This document shows positions 1-13,200 of a DNA stretch of 64,000 bases, one piece after another. Both the position numbers and the translations under genes were made by a program. Position 1 is the stretch's first letter. The number at the start of each line of letters is the position of its first letter. Source of the stretch: Chiloscyllium plagiosum (Eukaryota); contig NC_057718.1 of the NCBI RefSeq assembly GCF_004010195.1, forward strand, positions 104,866,158-104,930,157, given 5' to 3'. The notes beneath the pieces were generated by a model. It was not told where the DNA came from. It did no database searches and saw only the letters and a list, made by a program, of their open reading frames with translations.

Positions 1-285
1 GCACCTTTCCACAATCTGTTTCCCCATCTGTTTCTCCACATCTCTGCTGCTATTGGGGGGCCTATAGTAAACACCCAACAAGGTGACTGCACCTTTCCTA
101 TTTCTGACTTCAGCCCATACTACCTCCAGAGGCAGATCCCCCTCAAACTTCCTTTCTGCAGCCGTTATACCATTTCTAATTAGCAACGCCACCCCCCCTC
201 CTTTTTTACTACCCTCCCTAATCTTACTGAAACATCTGTAACCAGGAACCTCCAACAACCATTCCTGTCCCTCTTCTATCCACGA
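1..285 (-). mobile_element. CR1-type LINE, APE endonuclease fragment
   Basis: Minus strand reads WLLEVPGYRCFSKIREGGKKGGGVALLIR...VWAEVRNRKGAVTLLGVYYRP. Confidence 0.85.
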
Positions 286-429
286 GTCAGTTACTAGAAA
301 ATAGAGTTATGATAATTGATTAAAAACAGGAGGTAATAAAGACAATTACATAGTGAACTACTGGGATCAGAAAGCAGAGACTGAAAAGGATGGGCAGGAT
401 GTGGCCTGGGATGGAGCGTCCTTTAGTGA

Positions 430-820
430 TGAGGAGGTGCTGGATAAGCTCAGGCTGTTTGGAGCAGAGAGAGCCAAAGGGGAACCTGATCGATGTGTAA
501 GATTACGAAAAGCATGGAAACAAAGCAGCTGATTGCCCAAGTTGAAGGGTCACTAACAAGGGTGTATCAGTAAGGTGAAAAGCAAGAGGGTTAGAGGGGA
601 TTGGAGGAAAATGTTTTTCACCCAGAAGATGATGGGAGTCTGGAATGCGCTGCATGGGAGGGGAGTTGAGGGAAACCTCAACTTTTGACAGTATTCAGAG
701 GAATGTCATAACATTTAAGGCTATGGGCCTACTGTTGGAAAACTGGGCCGAGTGTGGATTTACAGTAATCTTTGTCAGTACAGAGTCGATGGGCTGAAGG
801 GCCTTCACTGTATGATTCTG
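430..820 (+). mobile_element. Degraded CR1 LINE 3' end
   Basis: Similar to the FFTQRVV..WN.LP region and the gatgggctgaagggcc tail of other CR1 copies in the window. Confidence 0.6.
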
Positions 821-1006
821 AGTAGAGCAATTAGAGAGCACTTCCAAAAATCCAACCCAGACTCAATGGGCCGAATGGTCTGGTGTTGCATCTTGGATTT
901 TGAAGAGCAGATTGCCTGTTGCAGCAGTTAGTAGCTGTCAATCATGTGCATAACAAACCCTGGATCCTTAGCAAGTTCCCAGTATTACTAACATTTTGGA
1001 TTTTAG

Positions 1007-1207
1007 TTTGCAGAATTGTCTATGACAGAGCTGGAGTCACTGGTCACATCGAAGGAAATAAAAAAGGTTACTTTCTCTTCAACTCTTCTCCAAGTAGGCC
1101 AGGCTTTCCAGATCTTTCACTTTGGACTCTATAGAGATTTTCTGGGAGTTCACCGAAACTGCTTATCCGCTGTTGTAAGGACACAATGCAGTAGAGAGCC
1201 AATGTGA
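1007..1207 (+). CDS. Putative terminal coding exon of an unidentified convergent gene
   Basis: Perfect branch point TACTAAC 986-992, T-rich tract and AG acceptors at 1005-1006 or 1012-1013. Open frame ...LSMTELESLVTSKEIKKVTFSSTLLQVGQAFQIFHFGLYRDFLGVHRNCLSAVVRTQCSREPM* is non-repetitive; protein not recognised. Confidence 0.5.
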   Translation, partial: FAELSMTELESLVTSKEIKKVTFSSTLLQVGQAFQIFHFGLYRDFLGVHRNCLSAVVRTQCSREPM

Positions 1208-2294
1208 CATTTTTTTTTAAAGTTGTATTGAAGTAGACATCAGGATTTATGGTGTGATTGCTGTCTTATGTGGAAGAATTCACTCTCTGGCAAATGGCGC
1301 ATGTCGCACTGACTGAAACTTGTTGCAATGACTCATGACGATGGCAATGGCAGGTTCTGCTTGAAATGTTATCGACGTCTGAGTGGCAATGTAAACATTC
1401 TGGGCTGGAAATGGGAGTATTAAGTGAGAACAACAAGATGAAACAGCAAGTGGGAGAAGCATGTTGGAAAGATTGAGGATGCACTGCTTTTGCTGTGTGT
1501 GGAGTGACTGGTAACTGGCCACCAACCACTTCAGTCTGCTCAGTTTGGCTGAAAACTCAGAAAAACAACATTCAACCATTTCCCAAGGCAACAAATACTT
1601 TCTTAACTCAAAAATATTCAACTCTAAATGTGCTTGTCAGATGTGAAATATAATGTAATCTGAGTTTGGCAGATTTTAATCAGTGATAGGCCATTGCAGC
1701 TCACAATTCGAACCTCAACTGGTTTTGTTGAAAGGTTTTATGGATGATGCTGCATGACAGAATCTGCACACCAGAGGGCAGTGTTACTCCACAGGATGAA
1801 CAATGCTGTCCAGCCACAGAATGGCCATCATCAGGTTAAAGGAAAATGGTCCCCATTAGCAGCTATTGATTCTCAGTCCTTTGTTTGCCCAGCTGTTGTT
1901 CTTGCTCTCTCTGGTCTCTATTCCCAACTATTATTTACTCCCTCCACACCACCTTCAGTGTTTATATCAACCTTATCCCTACCTCTGAGCCAGGTTCAAG
2001 TCCCATCTGCTTCCGAGAGGGGTCATGACATCCCTGAACAGACAAATTAGAAAACATCTCCAATGCAATTATTCACTTTGCTGTTTAAAAGCCAGTGTCC
2101 AGTCATTCGCTAATTGCATCAGAACTATAAACTGTTTTCAAAAAATGGCCATGGACTGATTTCACTGTCCTAATGTGGAAGGGACAGGTTTTCAAACAAA
2201 GGCTTCAGTTTCTGAGCAGCACCATTAAAGATACTGTCTTCACACCCAGGTTAGAGTTAACACTGACCCTGCAACATCTACATAAGATGCGAAT

Positions 2295-2620
2295 GGCAGT
2301 GGGGTAATGGATTTGTTGCTGGATTAATAGTGCAAAGGCACATGATCTAGGGTTCAAATCCTTCCATGGCAACTGGGGAATCTAGATGCTATTGAAAGCT
2401 CGTATGATTAATGGTGAGCAGGAAACAGTCATTGATTGTTGTAAAAACCCACCCGAGTTTATTAGTATCCTTTAGGGAGAGAGATCTACCATCCTTATCC
2501 CGATCTGGCCTATGTGACTCCAGTCACACAGCAACATGGTAGACTCTTACACGGCCCTCCGAAATGGCCCTGCAAACCTCTCAGTTCAAGGGCAATTAGG
2601 GATTAGCCTTGCCGGTGACA
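2295..2620 (+). mobile_element. Old tRNA-headed SINE (shark SINE type); related copies at ~4295-4610 (+), ~55430-55800 (-), ~57500-57810 (-)
   Basis: B-box-like ggttcaaatcc; shared core aaaacccatctgg...tcctttagggaaggaaatctgcc...tgactccag..cacagcaa; gggcaat tail. Confidence 0.6.
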
Positions 2621-2681
2621 AAATCACAGCACTTACTGTCACTGAAAAACCACAGAACAACTGATTTTCAAATCATCTCTC

Positions 2682-2687
2682 TTTATT
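2682..2687 (-). terminator. Probable AFTPH poly(A) signal (AATAAA), giving a ~0.97-kb 3'UTR
   Basis: TTTATT on +, followed on the minus strand by a GU/U-rich tract (gttgttctgtggtttttc). A proximal AATAAA also exists at 3562-3567. Confidence 0.65.
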
Positions 2688-3630
2688 TCTGTATATTCTA
2701 AAAGGAAATGTACATTCTACAGTTATAAAAGAACCTGGGCATGCACATCAACCTATACAGCTTCCTCTCTGTACCAGAATTTTTCCATAGGAATTTCACC
2801 AACATTTACAATTCATAGTTATTACTGTACATACAGCTCAAATCATTGCAAACTATTATGTCCACCTTGTCTTTACACTGTGCAAAATCCTCAATAGATG
2901 CATTGGCAAAATAAAGCAGAAATAATAATAAAGATCAGGTTTCACCTCAAGAATCTGAATAAGACATTTAGATATTGGTCCCTCACCCCCCAAATGAGCT
3001 CAGGTTTGTGGGATACAGCATCACTTTGGAGACCAGCTGAACTGGTGCCTGTATTGTTCTGAGATAGTGGTTTCCTAAATGACCAAGGCCATTTCAGCTC
3101 TGTCGTGTCTCGAAAGGTGGTTGCATCCCTGCTATTTGGCTCTGTATGAGACAGACCACCGGCTTGATGTGGAAAATGGCAGTGCCCGAAATGCCGAGAA
3201 CCAGTGATGCTTTACTGAACGGGCTTGGAAACCATCCAAACCTCCACAAAAAAAAAACTAAACAGGAAACAAAACCCAACATTCACCAGGATCCCGCCGT
3301 TGGTCAGAATCGGAATAGTTACATCAGTTTGCAATCATTTTCTGCAAGTCCCTGACAGATTAGCTGACATGAGAGAAATTTATAAACCCAGCACAGCAAA
3401 AGATAATTAACCTGCAAAGAAAAACTTGATATTTACAGATTCTTCTCTAATATAAACACTTAAATCACCTTGGTATAAATAAATAAACATCAATGTATTC
3501 TCTGTGGAACTCTCCAGAAACTGGCGAGCAACAAATCATCTGAATGACTGATTAGTTTCATTTTATTTTGAGAAAGCCAAAATTAGACTGATTTTAAAAT
3601 GTTCAGAAAAATAAAAGTGGGATCCTTGGC

Positions 3631-3769
3631 TCAGTCTGTGTGGCAGCTTACCAAAGGTGTTAATGTGGTTGGGAACATCAGCACTTTGGCGTGCATGAAT
3701 GACAGGTCAGGAAGGCTCGCTATCACTTTGGCTGCTTCTGTACTGAGAACTTCCTCCTGTCTTGGTTTC
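3631..3769 (-). CDS. AFTPH: AFTPH last exon coding part (KPRQEEVLSTEAAKVIASLPDLSFMHAKVLMFPTTLTPLVSCHTD*)
   Basis: ttttcgttag| acceptor, TGA at 3633-3631; conserved LPDLSFMHAKVLMFP terminus. Confidence 0.97.
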
Positions 3770-4934
3770 CTAACGAAAATAAATAATTATTATAAATTTG
3801 AATACTTCAGCCAAGGAATACTAAAAAACATTCAACATTATTTTTGAAAGTCAGAGTGATGCATAAAGTCCAGAAGTCAAATATTCAAAGATCAGTGTAA
3901 AACAACATCAAAAGCTTTACTCCCTCGAAAAAGCTGGAGATTATAAACAGTGTTTACACAGCACCTTCACCTGCCAAAGCAATTCACATGCCTGGATAGA
4001 AAGCAGTCTCTCCGATCCAATAACTCAGGCACAGGGATAGATTTTGGGAAGTGGGGGGGGGGGCAAGAGGGTGGTGGAGAAAAGATTAAGAATCCAAACA
4101 GGTGAATTTACAGGAGTCAAATGGTGGAGTGATCCAAATGGGATCTGCAGCATCAAGGCAAAACAAGGAGAATGTAGAGACCAGAGGCTGAGGGCAAGAA
4201 CTGGGGAGCTTTAAAATCAAGCCACTGATGATCTGCAATTCACAGGTCAGCAAGGAGAGGGGGGGCATGGAGAATCAGGAAGGGAAGGCAATGGCCAAGT
4301 GCCATTATCACGAGACTATTCATCCAGAAACTCAGATCATCTCCCAGCCCCAGTCCCCACTTGAATTCAATAAACAAATTCTGAAATCAAGGATTTACTG
4401 AAGATCATGAAATCACTGTCGATTGTCTAAAAACCCATCTGGCTCAATTATCTCCTTCAGGGAAGGAAATCTGCCTTCCTTACCTGATCTGACCTCCATA
4501 TGACTTCAGACCCACAGCAATGTGGGTTGACTCTTAACTGCCCTCTACGCAAATGGGGATGGGCAATAAATACTGACCTAGCAGCGACACCTCATCCTGC
4601 AAATGAATGAAGAAAGGAGCTAAGCAGCAAAACATTGGATCAACTCAAGTTCACACTGGGTGGGAAACAGGAAGCTGCCGGAGAAAGCTTTGTAATAGCC
4701 AAACCTAAAGGAGCAAAGGGAAGGGTGGACAAATGTGGCAGGGGCAGGGGCAGGGGCAAGGGCCGGTGATGCTGCACCTACTGGAACACTCTTTCTTGCT
4801 GATGGGGAGGATACCGAGATCAAAAACATAGCTCAGGGCCTAAACAGCTTGGCATGGCCTGGGACAATGACAGAACTATTGAACAGGGAATGGAGATCAA
4901 GGAGAGTCAGAGACTGGGCACACTGCACTGAATA

Positions 4935-5405
4935 ACTCCCTAAAGCCTGTCCACCATCTGCAAGGCACAAGTCAGGAATGTGATGGAATACACCCTACTT
5001 GCTCCATCAACACTCAAGAAGCTTTATACCAACCAGGACAAAGCAGCCCACTTGATTGGCACACCACAAATATCCACTCCCTCTACCACTGACACTTAGG
5101 AGTGTGCACCACTTTCAGGATGCCCTGCAGAAAGTCACTAAGCTGTCTTAATAGCAGGTTCCAAACCCCACCAACTCTATACAGAAGGACAAGGCAGCAG
5201 ATACATGGGAATCCCACCACCTGCACATTTCCCTCCTAGCCACTTACTTGGCACTATGTCATGCTCGGTCTCCCTAACAGCATGCCAGGGTTACTACAGC
5301 ATATGGTCTCTGGCAGTACAAGGCAACAGCTCAGCACCACTTTCTCAAGGAATTCAGGATGGGTAGCAGATGTTGGCCCAGCCAGCAATGCTCATATGTC
5401 AGGAA
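4935..5405 (+). mobile_element. L2/CR1-clade LINE 3' fragment; related copies ~9510-10485, ~17110-17770, ~36480-36850
   Basis: Recurrent ctccccaaagcctgtccaccatctacaaggcacaagtcagga (PQSLSTIYKAQVR-type RT C-terminus) and gggcaataaatg.tggcccagccagc tail. Confidence 0.65.
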
Positions 5406-6376
5406 TTAATCAGAAAAGGCAATAGTCTTGGCCTTTTAATGTGACATAGGAGGAATACTATATTCACCAAGGGCTGGAGGCATCAGCCATGGTGATATGA
5501 GAGAGATAGCAGAGGAACCGAAAGCTGCAGTGAGGGATGTGACAGTGGCAAATGTTGGCAGCTCTCTATGAAACCTGCTGAGTGGGCAGTGCCATGGAAA
5601 AGAGGGGGGGAAGGTATAAGGGAAGAATGCTGTAGTTAAGTCTGTTTAAACGTAAGTGACAGGGGGTGTGTCAGGAACAAAGAGCAAGGATAGTGCACTG
5701 CGATCACAAACACATCACAGATTACTGCTGAGTTTTAATTGCAGTGATGAGTGAGGTGAAATAAGCAGAAAAGGGATTGGAAGGCATGTGACACCAGGTT
5801 ATAGCCCTCCAGGGGGTTTATTCGCTGCTTCTTCACAATTTCACCTGAAGGGAGTGCTCCAAAAGCATGAGAATTCAAATATAACCTGGTGTCATGTGAC
5901 TTCCAAAACCATCCACCCCAGTCCACCATTGGCATCTCCACAAGGAAGAGGTGAGACACAAGGCTATAGATAGGAAAGAATGTGAAATAAACAGGTCCCA
6001 TCTTCAGAGCAGCTACAAATATTGGAAATGCAACTGTGTCTGAATTGGATGAAAGATGATCCCACTGAAGACAGCTGTGCACTGTCAACACGGAATTCAC
6101 TTCAAAACAGAATTACATTGGAGAGTCTTTGTTCAGCTATTCACAAAGAATATCTCCAGTTCAAAGAAAATAAACTGGGTTACACTTGAGACACTTTCAA
6201 GAAGCAGTTCATTGTCAAGGTTCTGTTTCTGGGGAACATCATGTAGATTAAGCACCTTAAATATTAATACAAAAGTATATTTTAATTTTTAATCAGATAC
6301 CCAACTGTTGTGTACACTGCACCATCCCTGGTAAACCTACCTGCTGGATGGGATTTCAAATAATGCGATTCCTTAC

Positions 6377-6500
6377 CTGGTGGATGTGCTAGTCTTCTCT
6401 GCTGTCAACATGAGCCGAGCAAATGCATCAGTCATTCGGTTTACTGTACCAGAGTCTTCCAGTTTACATGTAGTCAGCTCATACAGTTCTGGGTCAACAC
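6377..6500 (-). CDS. AFTPH: AFTPH exon 9 (GVDPELYELTTCKLEDSGTVNRMTDAFARLMLTAEKTSTSTR)
   Basis: ccttgcag| acceptor, AG|GTAAGG donor, 124 nt, phase 1 to 2. Confidence 0.97.
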
Positions 6501-7951
6501 CTGCAAGGTAATGTGGAACAGAATCAGAGGAACCTTGCTACAGCCACATGGAACTCAGCTACACAGCTACCAATATAGCTCCAAGCCCAGGGTTCCGATT
6601 TCTGTAAACATCTGAAATATTTATATCAAAATTACCAAACTGTTAACAAGTTTCAATCCTTATTATGCCAGCTGCAATCTCACTGAAGTTTCCAATCGCG
6701 CACAGAATTAGCCAAGTCACCGCTGAGGAGTTTAAATGGCGACATTGTTTTGCATGACAGAACAGATTCTCTGTAAAAATGTGGCCCACGTTTGCATACA
6801 CAGTGCAGATTGCTTGAAATTTAAAGGAAACTCTCCATATTGAACAGTTTCCACATCGCTTTCTTCCCGATAGATAAATACTATTTTGGTTAGTGATAGT
6901 CATTGCAACTTAGCTGCAGCTGAAACCTGGCCTTTTAAATACCTTGTACAATATTGATTAAATGATTTGAAATACAGTCAGAGTTGTACAGCACAGAAAT
7001 ACCCTTTGCAACTGATAGCAAATGAGTTCTTCCTATTTTGCAAACTCTTGATCTTGGGACTACCACTAAAAATGCAGACACTGAATAAATTTTACCTGGC
7101 AAAGTATTACATGATTAATCCAAACTACAGAAATGAAAATTACTGCTGACCGCAGAAGCAAATTTATAATCTTTGAAAATGGGTCATCTAAGATTAGAAC
7201 AGTACATCAGAAAGAATGTAAAGTGACAAACTGTAAGAAAGTTCAGTCACCGAGAAGCCAGAGTTACAGGCTGACTTGAAGAAAAGTCAGGCTATTCATG
7301 TGTAAAGGCCAATATTTGTAGAAACACAAGAACTAGGAGGAGTGAGTTGTTCAGCCTCTTAAGCCTGCTCTGCCAGTTCAGGAGGTCATGGCTGGCTTCA
7401 TCTCAGCTTCAACTTCTTAACCCTTTAACCCTTCTCCAATTTCCCAACATCCCAGCACATGCCACACACTGTGGGAGGAGTGAATCTCTCACATTCACAT
7501 TCCTTTGAGAATCAATTGCTCTTCATCTTTGTCTTAAATCCGCTATCCCTTATCCTGAAACCAAGACCATTTGTTCTAGATTGCCCTGAAAACAAAGCAT
7601 GCTGGGTGATCACAGTGGGTCAGGCAGCATCCATTAGCTTGTTCTCTCTCCATGGATGCTGTCTGACCCGCTGTGATTTCCAGCACTTGCTGTTTTCAGT
7701 ACAGATTCCAGCATCTGCAGTAATTTGCTGCTATGTTCCAGATTGTCCCATGTAAGGGAACATCCTCTCTGGGTCTTCTTTAGAAATCTCCTTTCCGATT
7801 TTATATATGTCGAATATACTTCCTCTCATTTTCCTAATCTCTAGACAGTACAGGCTTAAACTGCCCAATCTCTCTTCATAAGAGAAAGTCCTCTTCTCTG
7901 GAAACAATTTAGGGAATCCTCTCTGAGCTGCCTCTGATACGAATACATCCC

Positions 7952-8530
7952 TCCGTGACTCCCTTGTCAGATCCACACCCCCCACCAACCCAACCTCCAC
8001 TCCCGCCACCTTCCCCTGCAACCGCAGGAGGTGCAAGACTTGCGCCCACACCTCCCCCCCTCACCTCCCTCCAAGGCCCCATATCCGCCACAGATTCACC
8101 TGCACCTCCACACACATCATCTATTGCATCCTCTGCACCCGATGTGGCCCCCTCTATATTGGGGAGACGGGCCGCCTACTTGCAGAGCGTTTCAGAGAAC
8201 ACCTCTGGGACACCCGGACCAACCAACCCAACCACCATGTGGCTCAACACTNNNNNNNNNNNNNNNNNNNNNNNNNNNNNNNNNNNNNNNNNNNNNNNNN
8301 NNNNNNNNNNNNNNNNNNNNNNNNNNNNNNNNNNNNNNNNNNNNNNNNNNNNNNNNNNNNNNNNNNNNNNNNNNNNNNNNNNNNNNNNNNNNNNNNNNNN
8401 NNNNNNNNNNNNNNNNNNGAAACGTCGATTCTCCTGTTCCCTGGATGCTGCCTGACCTGCTGCGCTTTTCCAGCAACACATTTCCAGCTCTGATCTCCAG
8501 CATCTGCAGACCTCACTTTCTCCTCAAAGA
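7952..8530 (+). mobile_element. Penelope-like element: GIY-YIG endonuclease fragment plus 3' terminus, split by an assembly gap
   Basis: Reads CNRRRCKTC...FTCTSTHIIYCILCTRCGPLYIGETGRLLAERFREH; after the gap comes the gaaacgtcgattctcctg...cctcactttc terminus shared with 32374-32479. Confidence 0.85.
8252..8418. other. Assembly gap (167 N)
   Basis: Run of N. Confidence 1.
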
Positions 8531-9947
8531 ATTCAATAGTCTTACAAGCAGGTTCGAGTAAGCCCATTCACTGAAACAGTGTGTTTTTCAAAGTAAAGAA
8601 AGCAAAGAAACAGCTCTGACCTTTCCAACCTACAAGTTCAACGTATTGTAAATCATTTGTCAAACCTATTTTCCAGGGAATTTATGTGCACACACTGGCA
8701 AATGTACAAAACCATTAATTTTCATTCATCACAGTCTTGAATATCGAAGTCTGCAACTTTCAATAGAGCAAATAATTTCAGAATTCATCTCAAGGTTATC
8801 AGTCTGCTTTCAACTTCATTAAACTAAATTTGCTGAGGAGACAAAAATGTGAACCCGCCCCAAGATGAAGATCACTTCGACTAAACTAAGTTAGAAACAT
8901 AAGCAAGATGATGGTCCCTGGAAGTGGCAGAAATGCTCTTTGAAAAATAGTCAAAAAGTTATTTAAGTACATAGACATATCCACCATTTAAAATGGTACA
9001 GCTTTGTACAATATCTCCTGAATAAAACAACAAATTGTGCAACCTGTAGTTCAGCAGACTCCACTCCTTAGTCAGCAGGAGCATCACTTGATATTGCACA
9101 CAGTCAGACTGAGACCCAAACGGTCCCAGCTTGTATTCCCAATATCCCACAGTAAGCAAGCTGATCCAAGACATGGTTCTGGCAGAAATACCTCCGTGCC
9201 TCAAAGTGAAGGAATAACAAAAGGGTAAGTTTCTACTTCCTAAATTGGAGACAAAATGTTTCGAATTGTTTGTTTTGCCGTCATGGCACATGCTCGTGAG
9301 TGTCTGTCATGATATTTTTGTTCCCAACTGTTTCTCTGTACCCCCTCTCCGACCTACCACAGAAATATCCTTCAGTACAGAATAAGAGGAATTGATATAA
9401 AGGATAATTATATTCCATTTTTAAATGTGTTTGTTCCTCTGAGCTACTTAACACGGGACCTAATATTAAACATTCACGCCACACAAATACCAGCAATGAC
9501 CACCTCCAATAAGAGATAATCAACCATCAGCTCTTGGTAATCAACTATGCTCCCATTACTGATTTCCCAACATCAACATCCTGGAGATTACCATTGAACA
9601 AAAACTGAACTGGATTAGCCACTTAAATACTGTGGCTTCATAAGCAGGTCAGAGGATAGGAATCCTGCGGCAAACAACTCACCTCTTGACTCCCCAAAGC
9701 CTGTCCATCATCTCCAAGGTACAAATCATATTTGCCCGAATGGGTGTAGCTCCAACAACACTTGAGAAGTTTGACAATCCAGGAGAAAGCAGTCCACCTG
9801 ATTGGCGCCACATCCACACAATCACTCTCTCCACCACTGATGCTCAGTAGCAATAGTGTGTACTATTTACAAGGTGCTCTGAAAATATTTAGACAGCATC
9901 CTTCCAAATCCATTACCACTTCCACATGGAAGGACAAAGACAGCAAA

Positions 9948-10248
9948 GGTCACTCAGTGTTTAGCACTGCTGCCTCACCGCGCCAAGGACCCAGGTTCAA
10001 TTCCAGCTTCGGGTGACTGTGAGTTGTTTGCACATTCTCCCCAGTTTCCTCCGGGTGCTCCAGTTTCCCCTCTCAGTCCAAAGATGTGCAGGTTAGATGG
10101 ATTGGCCATGCTAAAATCGCCCGTAGTGTTCAGGGATGTGTAGGTTAGGTGCATTAGTCAGGAGTAAATGTAAAGTAATAGGGTGGGTTACTCTTCAGTG
10201 GGTCAGAGTGAGTTGTTGGGGGCCTGTTTCCACACTGTAGAGATTCTA
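9948..10248 (+). mobile_element. HE1-type tRNA-derived SINE nested in an older LINE
   Basis: ttagcactgctgcctcac...ggttcaattcc head, tttgcacattctcccc...attggccatgctaaa core, gggcctgtttccacactgta tail. Confidence 0.85.
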
Positions 10249-13200
10249 TCAAATACTTGGGAACATGACCACCTGCAAATTCCCTCTAAGGCACTCTCCA
10301 TCCTGATTTGGAAATATATAGTCATTCTGTCAAAATCCTTGGACTTTCTGCCTCATAGCATTATGGGTGTCCCTAAATCAAATGGAACTGGAGCAGTTCA
10401 TGGAGGCAGTTCACCCCCACCTTCTCAAGGGCAACTAGGAGTGGGCAATAAATGTTGGCCCAGCCAGCAATACCCATACCCATGAACAAAAACAAAACTA
10501 TGTCCAAGAAAGGTGAAAACGAGTGGACAGTGGCATATCATCACTGATCCCCTGCCTACCTTATTTGTAAGATCACCTGGTCAAAGTTACCCCTGACAAA
10601 ATGCCAAACATGAGCTTCTTGACATGGCAGTGTGATGCTTCTCTGCAAACACTTGCAGCATGCTGTGGTACCTTGAAAGGAGCAGACTGCTGTTTGATTG
10701 TACAATCAAGCCAAATGGCCAAGTCAGAAACTGCAACTGTATATTGTTACTCATCTCTCCATCAGGAGATGGAGCATTCAGAATAAAGAAGTATTCACTG
10801 TAAAGCTGCATGGCTGCTCTCACAGGTAAATACATTCTCAATATAGGTCTAAAAATAGCTATGCTCCAAAAATATTCAAAGAATTAGGCCACGTATAAGG
10901 GCAAGTAAACCCAAAACCAGTAAAGCAGAGGCAGAACAAAGATCAACTGCCACCTGTAGAATTTCTAGATTACTGAGAAAACTGGAAGATAATTTTGCCT
11001 CAGTATCCAAAACCAAAAGGTCAGGTAGTGCAAGTTACACTGAATTGGAATGAGCTAATAAAGTAAGTTCAGTTCAGAGAGAATGAGCTTAAATCAGCTC
11101 CTCCAATAGCTTGCACGTGTTTCTAGTTAGCTGCATGGGTACATGTATCTGCCCAACAGCAAGTAATATTAAAGGTAGTTCGGTTTTAATTTCAACCCTT
11201 ATGAACATCTAGAAAAGTTGTGAAATATTTCAGCAGCTATTCGTATTCAGACTTTTCTCTAAGTGCAAGGCAATTATCATTTCTACATAAGCAGCAGTGA
11301 CCAACTGTCGTCTTGCATCAAATCAAAATGGCACTTTTCAATTACATGACAACAACTCAGGGGAATTCAACACCCTCTTGAGATTGCATTCACAGAATTC
11401 ACCTGAAGAAGGAGCATCGCTCCAAAAGCTAGTGTGCTTCCAATTAAACCTGTTGGACTCTAACCTGGTGTTGTGTGATTTTTAACTTTGTACACCCCAG
11501 TCCAACACCGGCATTACCAAATCTTCACAGAATGCGGTGGTGTTGGATTTAATTGCTCACCCTAATTACCTTTAAGTTGTAATACAACTCAGTTACTTGG
11601 AAATAATTTCAGCGCAGTGAACAACATATCGGTGTGGGACTGGAACCTCTATCCTAAATAATTGATGGGACACACACAAAATCAGAACATCTACCCTTTC
11701 AGAATCTTGAATGTGTCAAAGTTCATTCAGCCTATCACAGAATAAGCCTCATATGTAGGGCCAACCTAGTGAACCTTCACTGTACTGTCTTTAACGCAAG
11801 CATATCCTTCCTTAAATGTAATGACAAACACTGAACACTATTCTCATTGTCACCTTGCAACCTTGTAGGGAGGCTTCTTTATTCTTGCATTCCAAGCCCC
11901 CTGCAAACAAACAGCAATATGCCTCTAGCCTTCCTAACAGTACCTGTTTACTAGCTTTGTTTTCCTTGCACATTGTCTCTGAACACTTATGATATCTCAA
12001 TAGGAAAGTAACTGTTTTATTTTGCTAGATACAATAACATTTCAGAAAGTTAATAAATTAAATAAACTACAGAGACTATTCCAAAACTAATCCTGGATGA
12101 CGATCAGGGGCTATATGGCTTCTTCCTACTCCCAATCCAAAGGGCTTTCATTGGTGCCATGGTAAAGCCATTGCATTACTTTCAAAATACTCCAAGCATC
12201 TCATTTGTAAACCCCATACAAAGCATGGTTTCCAAAATCTTCTGTTGCATTTGAAGCAGCAGTTCCTAATTCCGGTAGTGGAGAGAAAGATAGGCTGCCC
12301 CTTTGCAATAGCAGTAGAGTTTGTGTGGCTAGCCCTCAGACACTAACCACCTGAATCAGCAGCCAGGATATAGAATGAATCATTTTTTAAAATGGAAGCA
12401 CGTAGGTCCATGACATGTGTTTTAAACTTGAATAAAGGCCATCATGACACCGTGTGACTACAGTGACCAGGAAAGCTAGGTCAAAACATAGGAAAATAGA
12501 TTTGCTATGGAAGACTTTGAAGAAGATATTTAATTACTTTCAGTAAAGATTTATCCTAATTAGAATGAAAGAGAAGGATCCATGGCTAAGAAAGAGATCA
12601 AAAGAAACACTGTACACATTTCCAAAGATGAATAGTGGGTGAGAAAATTGGACAGAGTTTAAACAAACAAAGCCTGACTAAAAAGAATAGAGAGACTTAA
12701 AGCAGACTGGGAGACAAAGCAAACAAGTAATAAACATATTAAGAGCTCCCACAGGACCAAATGGCTAGCATCTTAGTGCCTTAAAAGAAGTGGCCTCACA
12801 GAGAGGAAATGAATTGCTTTTAATCTTCAAAAATTCCTTCGATCCCGGAGTGGCTCCAGCAGATTGGAAAATAGCAAATGCAACCCCTTTATTTAAGGAA
12901 GGAGGGAAGCAACAGTCATAAGTATTAGAATCCAATGCTGAGGTTACAGCAGAATACTCAAATTCACAACATTATCAGAGTCAACGTGACTGCATGTAAT
13001 AGAAAACCGATTTATCTACTCATTACAGTTTTTTTGACAAAGTAACATCTGATGAAGAGAGGGAAACTAGTGGATGTGGTGTACGTGGATTTTCAATAAG
13101 TGTTTAAAATATATCAGATCAAAGGATTTTGCACAAGATAAATGCATATGATACAGAGTAACATGTTTGTTACTATGAGTTCATTGGATGTGGATATCAC

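Noticed and set aside
7955..8567. Long ORFs in several frames
   Set aside because: Inflated by the N gap; the real signal is a PLE GIY-YIG fragment.
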